Below, one piece after another: positions 63,590 to 64,000 of a DNA stretch of 64,000 nucleotides. The position numbers and the translations under genes are program-made. A model generated the notes under the pieces. The model was given only the letters and a program-made list of their open reading frames with translations, ran no database searches and had not been told where the DNA came from. The stretch's first letter is position 1. The number at the start of each line of letters is the position of its first letter. Source of the DNA: Octopus sinensis. Its lineage: Eukaryota. Location: contig NC_042999.1 in NCBI RefSeq assembly GCF_006345805.1, positions 74,338,001 through 74,402,000 of the forward strand, in the 5' to 3' direction.

Positions 63590-64000
63590 CCTGCAGAAAA
63601 AGTTTTTAACCCCCAACGACATTCATGCCGACATTGTTGATACATTAGGGGGTGACACTATAAGATCAGCAGTACAAAAGTGGGCAGCTAAATTTAGAAG
63701 AGGAAAGGGAGAGTCTTGAAGATGACCCAAGGTCTTGACGTCGTGCAAGTGCCATCACCGAGGAAAACATTGATTGTAATGGATGATAGGCAATTGACTA
63801 TAGATCAAGTAGCCAATGCCATCAGCACATCCCATGAGAAAGTTGAGAATATTTTGCACGATGAACTCAGCATGACAGAGGTTTCTGATCAAAAGCACAC
63901 CAACCTGATGACATCACGGGAAGATCTGACATTGTTTAAGGCAGATTCAAATAGTTTTCCTGGATGTTTCTTAATCCAGGATGAGTGTTGATGTCATCAC
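63590..64000 (+). pseudogene. Mariner transposase fragment, running off the window end
   Basis: KYLQKK..TP.DIHAD..DTLG...VQKWAA.FRRG.ESLEDDPRS..., DRQLTIDQVA.AI, FLIQDE. Confidence 0.75.

Overview
AT-rich eukaryotic genomic DNA dense in transposons and microsatellites. It is most likely a cephalopod (Octopus-type); this is inferred from recalled SINE, RTE and Penelope-like families and was not database-checked. The only host gene supported is a plus-strand, multi-exon tandem MAM-domain protein: five exons between 22,088 and 52,675, all joined by phase-1 introns, including a 20-kb TE-filled intron. The rest is nested mobile DNA: two recent Penelope-like element (PLE) families at 0.6-9.0 kb (one with an inverted arm, one as a head-to-tail partial tandem), a near-complete RTE LINE plus many fragments, R4/Dong-like RLE retroelements sitting in (TAA)n arrays, two decayed Ty3/Gypsy elements, mariner, maT (DD37D), Tc1, piggyBac-like and hAT-like remnants, a Merlin-like MITE and tRNA-derived SINEs. 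The most interesting layer is RNA structure. At least five distinct minimal type-I hammerhead ribozyme (HHR) motifs occur at seven sites, most with a self-complementary stem III. They include non-canonical cores, an identical stem III shared by two PLE families, and one hidden inside an apparent MITE palindrome. Most short ORFs in the supplied track are microsatellite or antisense artefacts. All coordinates and folds were derived by eye.
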